Assembly: GCA_051747805.1 (NCBI GenBank)
Contig: JBNJGP010000045.1
Location: 1 to 22,643, forward strand
DNA from: Candidatus Muiribacteriota bacterium
GTDB taxonomy: Bacteria > Muiribacteriota > Muiribacteriia > Muiribacteriales > Muiribacteriaceae
DNA: 22,643 nt
Reading direction: 5' to 3'
Part shown: one piece after another, positions 17,980 through 22,643 of the stretch
Position numbering within the stretch: the stretch's first letter is position 1
Layout of the letters: each line of letters begins with the position of its first letter
Translations under genes and position numbers: made by a program
Notes under the pieces: model-generated
What the model was told of the DNA's origin: nothing
Databases searched by the model: none
The model's input: the letters and a program-made list of their open reading frames with translations, nothing else

Positions 17980-18079
17980 TAAACAATTTAAATAATAGTT
18001 ATTTATAAAAAAGATTTTTTAATAAGAAGTTTGAAAGAACTGAATTTAGGCATTTTTTATAAAATGGTTAAATTGTTTA
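17980..18079. repeat. Nested inverted repeats in the 161-bp intergenic gap (12-bp outer and 11-bp inner arms)
   Basis: TAAACAATTTAA (17980-17991) / TTAAATTGTTTA (18068-18079) and TTTATAAAAAA (18002-18012) / TTTTTTATAAA (18053-18063) are exact reverse complements. The region is very AT-rich, so significance is uncertain. Confidence 0.45.
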
Positions 18080-18109
18080 TATCAAAAAATAATAATAAGG
18101 GGTTGATTT

Positions 18110-21100
18110 ATGTCTCCTAAGGTTTCGGAACTAGTTCGTTTTAAAACTGAAAAACTCTTTAATGGTGCAGTAAATTTAGACTGGTTATTAAAAAAACCTG
18201 ATTTTGCAAAAAAAGCAGCTTCATGCTTTGTTTTTCATGGCCCGGAATATCATGGTGTATCTAGTGATGCAGGTGATACTTTTACAGATCATGAATTAAA
18301 AGATACTGTTAGTTTTACTCAATCTATTGTTAAATCATGTGTAGGTTTTTCGGACGATTCTTTTAATTTAGCTATTGCAGGTTATGGAACTGGGAAATCT
18401 CATTTAGCTGTTTCTTTGGCTGAACTTCTTGGCAATCCAAAAGGTCAGATATCTGAATCAATTTTAGAAAGTATAAAAGATGCAGATAAAAAAATTGGGA
18501 TCGAAATTGAAAACTATATAAAAAATATGGGTAAACCTTGCCTTATACTAGCGTTGAATGGCATGGAAAACTTTGATTTAACAGCTGAAGTTAGCAAGCA
18601 GGTTATGGAGCAGGTTAAATTGAAAAATGTTGATTTGACTCCACTTGAGAATTTAAGGCCTCGATTTAAAGAAGCTGCTAAAAGAGTTGAACTTATGGCT
18701 AATATCAGTGAGCATCAAGATAATATTTTAGAAAAAACCCAGCTTCCTGATATTGATAATGTAGTAAGTTCTTTATTAAATCAAGATGAAAAAGTTTATG
18801 AAGCTTTAGCTCCTATATTTGAAGAAAATGGATTGAAGATTTCTGTTCATGGTGGTGAATCCTTGAAAGATATTTTTGATGTTGTTTCCCATAATTATTG
18901 TGGAGAAGGTCCAGAGACCCCATTTTCAAGTATAGTGATTTTATTTGATGAATTCGGTAGATACGCCGAATTTGCGACTTTAAAGAGACAAATAGCTGGA
19001 AGTGGTGTATTACAGCAACTTTTTGAAGGTATACAAAATAATTCTGAGAAAACTACTTTTGTCGGCTTTATTCAGTTTGAGCTAGCTGCATATTTACAAA
19101 GAATTGATCCAGAATATAAAAATGATGTACTAAGAGTAATAACACGTTATCAAAATTCAGCTAAGTCGTATTTGAGCACTAATTTAGAAACACTTATAGC
19201 AAATTTGATTGAAAAAAAAGGTTCTCAGATAAATACATGGCTCGATACAAAGCAAAGAAAGGATGACTCTGAACAAGTTAGATATCTTTTAAACAAATGG
19301 TTTCCTGCTTCTAAAAAGAATGGATTGTGGAAAAATCAAGAAAAATTTCATTCTGTCATTAAAAAAGGGTGCTGGCCTTTCTCGCCTTTTGCAATATGGG
19401 TACTGTATTACCTTTCAGCTGCAGGGAAATTTCTCCAGGAAAGATCTGCTTTATCTTTGTTAGCTGAAGCTGTCTCTAGAAATTATGATAAAACCGTAGA
19501 ACTGGATGATGGTTTATTTGAACTTGCACCTGTAAATTTATGGTCTCAAAGCCTTCTTGATGAATTTATAAACTCTGAGGAAAGTGCCCAGCAAGGTACT
19601 ATTGCTCATTCATATTCTACAGTTGTTAATAAATATTCATCTAATCTTCAAAAAAGACATTTGAAGGTTCTTCAGGCAATAGTTTTAGCTTCAAAAATTG
19701 GTTTATATGTCTTGGACAGGAATGATTCAGATAGAGCTTTTTGTTACCTAACTGGTTTGAATTTAAATGAAATTTCAACTACTTTAGAAGAACTTAAAGA
19801 TGAATATAACATTATTGAATGGGATAGTAATTTTAATCTTTTTGATATATTAGGAGATGCTGTTCCAAGAACGCAATTTTTATCTTTTCTTAGACAGCGT
19901 GTAGCTGGACATTTTGATCGAAAAGAAAAGTCTGAACTTTTCGTGACTAGTATTACATCTTGGTGTGGAGACTTATTTGAAAATATTGCTCCTGATTTTG
20001 CTGAAAAAAATGAGATTAAAACTAAAGAATGGGTGTTTAAATCTAAAATTATTAATTCTTTAAATATTGAGCTTAACTTAAGACTTGAAGCTAAAAATTG
20101 GATTGAAGCATTAAAGGCAGATGAAGAACGTGGTACTATATTTTATTGTTATCTTGGACCTGGTGAGGATATAGAAAAATTCAAACTTAACGTCTCTAGA
20201 TATATTAGCAAGATTTCAAAAGAAATAGGGTTCGGGTACTTGCCTTTTCTTGTTGTTATTCTTTTTGATGAAAATGATGAAGTGGGTAATAATATGGCAG
20301 AGTTATCAGTTTTATCCAGTTCTCTTAGTCATGAAGATAAGTCAAAATTTGGGAATCTGATTGGGGCTCATCAAGAAAAAAATATTAAAAAATTATATGA
20401 TCAGCTGAAGACTTTAATTAAATCAAGAGAATATGTTTCAGCATTTAAAGATCAGCTGAGTTCCAAGAGAATTAAGCTTATATGCAGCGAAATTTTTGAA
20501 AAGATATACCCCAAAGTATTGCCTTTTAATTTTGACGGCTTTGCAACATCAAAAGGTAATGCAAATAAATCATGTTATGAAATGACAATGGAGTTATTAG
20601 GTGGAAAGCTGGATCATGATTCATGTCTATCAAAGAAACCAAAAGATAAAAATCGTTCTTTAAGTATTTTTAAAAACTCCTGGGATTGTTTTAATAAATC
20701 TGGAAAAATTTCAGATCCTAAGTCAAAAATTCCTCAAAAGATAATTAAACTCTGGAAAACAAAGTTAGATTCTGATGATGAGCAGTTTATAATTTCGAAA
20801 GAATTACGTTCTATATGCTTACCACCTTATGGTGCTAATCTTTTTTCTGCTGGCTTGCTTTTTGCTGTATTTGTTTCTAGTAGAAGAGAAAAAATATGCT
20901 TAGTTGATAATAACGGAGATAAATTTGATGTCAGTCAATGGTTAGGGTCTGATATTTTTACAAATAAATGTTTTGATCTTAATAAAATTGATAATACAGA
21001 GCTGATAAGCATTGGAGAAGCTTCTGAAGAATGGGAAAATTTAATTAATGATTGGGAAGACGCTGAAACTCATAGACATATAGTTTATTACAATAATCTA

Positions 21101-22405
21101 GCTGAAGATCTTGAAAAGAGGATACCTGTTCCCCCTGTTTTAGTCTCTAGCTTGGTAGAATTAAAAAAGCAGTCTGAAAAATCCGTTGAATCCATCCAGC
21201 GTATTGAAAAAGGAAAAAATAAAGCATGGGATGAAATTGAAAAGTCTTTAAAATATAATAATATTGATAACGTTTGTTGGCAGGCTGCTAACTTGAAATC
21301 AGAGTCAGAGAGAATGAAAAGTGAAGGCTTGTGGCTTGATCAAGAAATAAATGAGTTAGAAAATGATCTTGGAAAAGTAAGGCAATTTATTGTCGAAGGC
21401 TTTAACTCTTGGTTGGATGAACAAGTATTATTGTCAGATAATCCAGACAAAGTAGGTGAGTATAAAAAACATTTAGGTAAAATAATTTATTCTAAACTGA
21501 GATATTTAGGTCTTAATGACTATGCTGATACTTTAAAAAATCATGTTGAAAAACAACTTAAGAACTGGGAAAAACAGGCTGAGGCAAAAAAGCATTGTGA
21601 TGCAGTTAACCAATGGATAACAGAAAATAAGAGAGTTTCTGGGATTATCAAAATCATTGACTTAAGAAGATTACTAACTACAGCCAAGGAGTACAAAAAG
21701 CAGCTTAATAATGATATAAAAATTATTAAATTAAAACAGCTAGACCAAACATTTAATAATTTGTCAAATTTCTTGCAGGAATTGAATAAAAGGGAAGATG
21801 AACTAGCACAAAAAGCTAATAATTTGTGGGATTCAGAAATTAGTAATAAATATGATTTAGAGCTTTTGAGTAAAGATGTTAAAGATTCAATTTCGATATA
21901 CGAAGGTATGGAAGATGACCTGGAAGATTTTAAGTTGATGCAGAGAGCTTTAGATCTTTTTGATTACTATTATAATGAGCTTAATAAATCAGAATTAACT
22001 TGGAACCAGTACTATAATCATTTAGAAAAATTTAAATCTGAAATATTGATAAAATATGGTGACTTCGATCTACCACCATGGGATCTTAAAAAAACCATAG
22101 AAATATTGTCTGATGAAATTGTTGATGGTCGAAAATTTAAAGCTCAGAATTGGATTTCAAAATTTATTACAATAGAAGATCAGATAGAAGATATGAATGT
22201 TGAAAGAGCAGATAAAATTTTAAAAGAGCTTGAATTTCCCCCTGCTTTTTTATCAGAAGATGAAACTGTAATTGCTACAAGAATCCATGAAAAAGCTAGG
22301 AAAAGATGTGATGACTTCAAATTAGAATGGCTATTTCAGCGTTTTAAAGAATTACCTGAAAATTTAAAGCCTGTTTTTATTGATATGATAGATAGTTTAG
22401 TTTAA
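18110..22405 (+). CDS. Second large P-loop ATPase, BrxC/SspC-like, with a long predicted helical/coiled-coil C-terminus, 1431 aa
   Basis: Walker A IAGYGTGKSHL, Walker B IVILFDEFGRY, 'GCWPFSP' and 'FLQERSAL' (equivalents of YPVNP and AQNERTIF in ORF 1218-4658). E/K/L-rich helical last ~450 aa. AAGGGG RBS at about 18097-18102. Confidence 0.78.
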   Translation: MSPKVSELVRFKTEKLFNGAVNLDWLLKKPDFAKKAASCFVFHGPEYHGVSSDAGDTFTDHELKDTVSFTQSIVKSCVGFSDDSFNLAIAGYGTGKSHLAVSLAELLGNPKGQISESILESIKDADKKIGIEIENYIKNMGKPCLILALNGMENFDLTAEVSKQVMEQVKLKNVDLTPLENLRPRFKEAAKRVELMANISEHQDNILEKTQLPDIDNVVSSLLNQDEKVYEALAPIFEENGLKISVHGGESLKDIFDVVSHNYCGEGPETPFSSIVILFDEFGRYAEFATLKRQIAGSGVLQQLFEGIQNNSEKTTFVGFIQFELAAYLQRIDPEYKNDVLRVITRYQNSAKSYLSTNLETLIANLIEKKGSQINTWLDTKQRKDDSEQVRYLLNKWFPASKKNGLWKNQEKFHSVIKKGCWPFSPFAIWVLYYLSAAGKFLQERSALSLLAEAVSRNYDKTVELDDGLFELAPVNLWSQSLLDEFINSEESAQQGTIAHSYSTVVNKYSSNLQKRHLKVLQAIVLASKIGLYVLDRNDSDRAFCYLTGLNLNEISTTLEELKDEYNIIEWDSNFNLFDILGDAVPRTQFLSFLRQRVAGHFDRKEKSELFVTSITSWCGDLFENIAPDFAEKNEIKTKEWVFKSKIINSLNIELNLRLEAKNWIEALKADEERGTIFYCYLGPGEDIEKFKLNVSRYISKISKEIGFGYLPFLVVILFDENDEVGNNMAELSVLSSSLSHEDKSKFGNLIGAHQEKNIKKLYDQLKTLIKSREYVSAFKDQLSSKRIKLICSEIFEKIYPKVLPFNFDGFATSKGNANKSCYEMTMELLGGKLDHDSCLSKKPKDKNRSLSIFKNSWDCFNKSGKISDPKSKIPQKIIKLWKTKLDSDDEQFIISKELRSICLPPYGANLFSAGLLFAVFVSSRREKICLVDNNGDKFDVSQWLGSDIFTNKCFDLNKIDNTELISIGEASEEWENLINDWEDAETHRHIVYYNNLAEDLEKRIPVPPVLVSSLVELKKQSEKSVESIQRIEKGKNKAWDEIEKSLKYNNIDNVCWQAANLKSESERMKSEGLWLDQEINELENDLGKVRQFIVEGFNSWLDEQVLLSDNPDKVGEYKKHLGKIIYSKLRYLGLNDYADTLKNHVEKQLKNWEKQAEAKKHCDAVNQWITENKRVSGIIKIIDLRRLLTTAKEYKKQLNNDIKIIKLKQLDQTFNNLSNFLQELNKREDELAQKANNLWDSEISNKYDLELLSKDVKDSISIYEGMEDDLEDFKLMQRALDLFDYYYNELNKSELTWNQYYNHLEKFKSEILIKYGDFDLPPWDLKKTIEILSDEIVDGRKFKAQNWISKFITIEDQIEDMNVERADKILKELEFPPAFLSEDETVIATRIHEKARKRCDDFKLEWLFQRFKELPENLKPVFIDMIDSLV

Positions 22406-22507
22406 AAGTTTGGAATAGAATGAGTGTCTTCTGGTGGATAGAAAAGAAAAAAATGTGGGCATAATCTAATTTTATTAAATAGCTTGGACTTTATGGTAAG
22501 CCGCAAG

Positions 22508-22642
22508 TTATAATAGTTTAAGAGTTGCTGAACAAAAACCACTAACAAAAGATGTAAAAGCCATCTGCACCGCAGGCCTGGTGTATTCCATTCTGCTGAT
22601 TCTGTTTTTGCTTAAAATACCTATAAGTCCCTCACTGTAGCC
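22508..22642 (-). CDS. yjjX: 3' end (partial) of a probable inosine/xanthosine triphosphatase (YjjX / NTPase_I-T family)
   Basis: Not in the ORF track. Minus strand reads GYSEGLIGILSKNRISRMEYTRPAVQMAFTSFVSGFCSATLKLL* (stop 22510-22508). This matches the YjjX C-terminal pattern 'G.IG.lt.....R...y..AV..Al..F'. Only 44 aa are visible. Confidence 0.65.
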   Translation of the reverse strand, partial: GYSEGLIGILSKNRISRMEYTRPAVQMAFTSFVSGFCSATLKLL

Positions 22643-22643
22643 T

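Noticed and set aside
269..22405. Calling the locus classical BREX (type 2/Pgl or type 4), canonical MADS or canonical Dnd
   Set aside because: No PglZ, BrxL or PglX (BREX), no MTase or HsdS-like subunit (MADS), and no DndB, SMC-like DndD or DndE (Dnd) is seen in the window; only sub-modules are shared.
22420..22464. Tiny ORF MSVFWWIEKKKMWA after the last ATPase
   Set aside because: 14 codons with no supporting evidence; expected by chance.
22479..22511. Possible terminator hairpin ATAGCTTG...CAAGTTAT between the convergent genes
   Set aside because: Imperfect stem with mismatches, no clear U-tract, and it overlaps the yjjX stop codon; too weak to call.
1..22643. CRISPR array, tRNA/rRNA, IS or integrase
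   Set aside because: The window is almost fully protein-coding; no repeat-spacer pattern, RNA gene signature or transposase/recombinase motif was seen.

Overview
Very AT-rich bacterial window almost filled by one co-directional (+) cluster of 8 large genes (269-22405) that looks like an anti-phage defence locus. Order: [3' end of a WYL/WCX-domain regulator] - palindromic operator-like site - DUF4007 protein - BrxC/SspC-like P-loop ATPase - PAPS-reductase (DndC/SspD-like) - giant fusion (putative sulfur-binding domain + NERD nuclease + pseudokinase + Ser/Thr kinase + DndF-like ATPase) - DndG/MAD7-like protein - DndH/MAD8-like protein (PD-(D/E)xK + HerA/FtsK-type ATPase) - second divergent DUF4007-like protein - second BrxC/SspC-like ATPase, then the 3' end of a convergent yjjX-like ITP/XTPase. 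Best reading: an SspBCD-type DNA phosphorothioation (PT) 'writer' joined to a kinase-armed DndFGH/MAD6-7-8-type restriction module instead of SspE/SspFGH. The kinase subunit carries an N-terminal domain with PT-reader (SBD) motifs. No methyltransferase, cysteine desulfurase, PglZ or mobile-element gene is visible in the window. All family calls come from motif recognition by eye; no database search was run.
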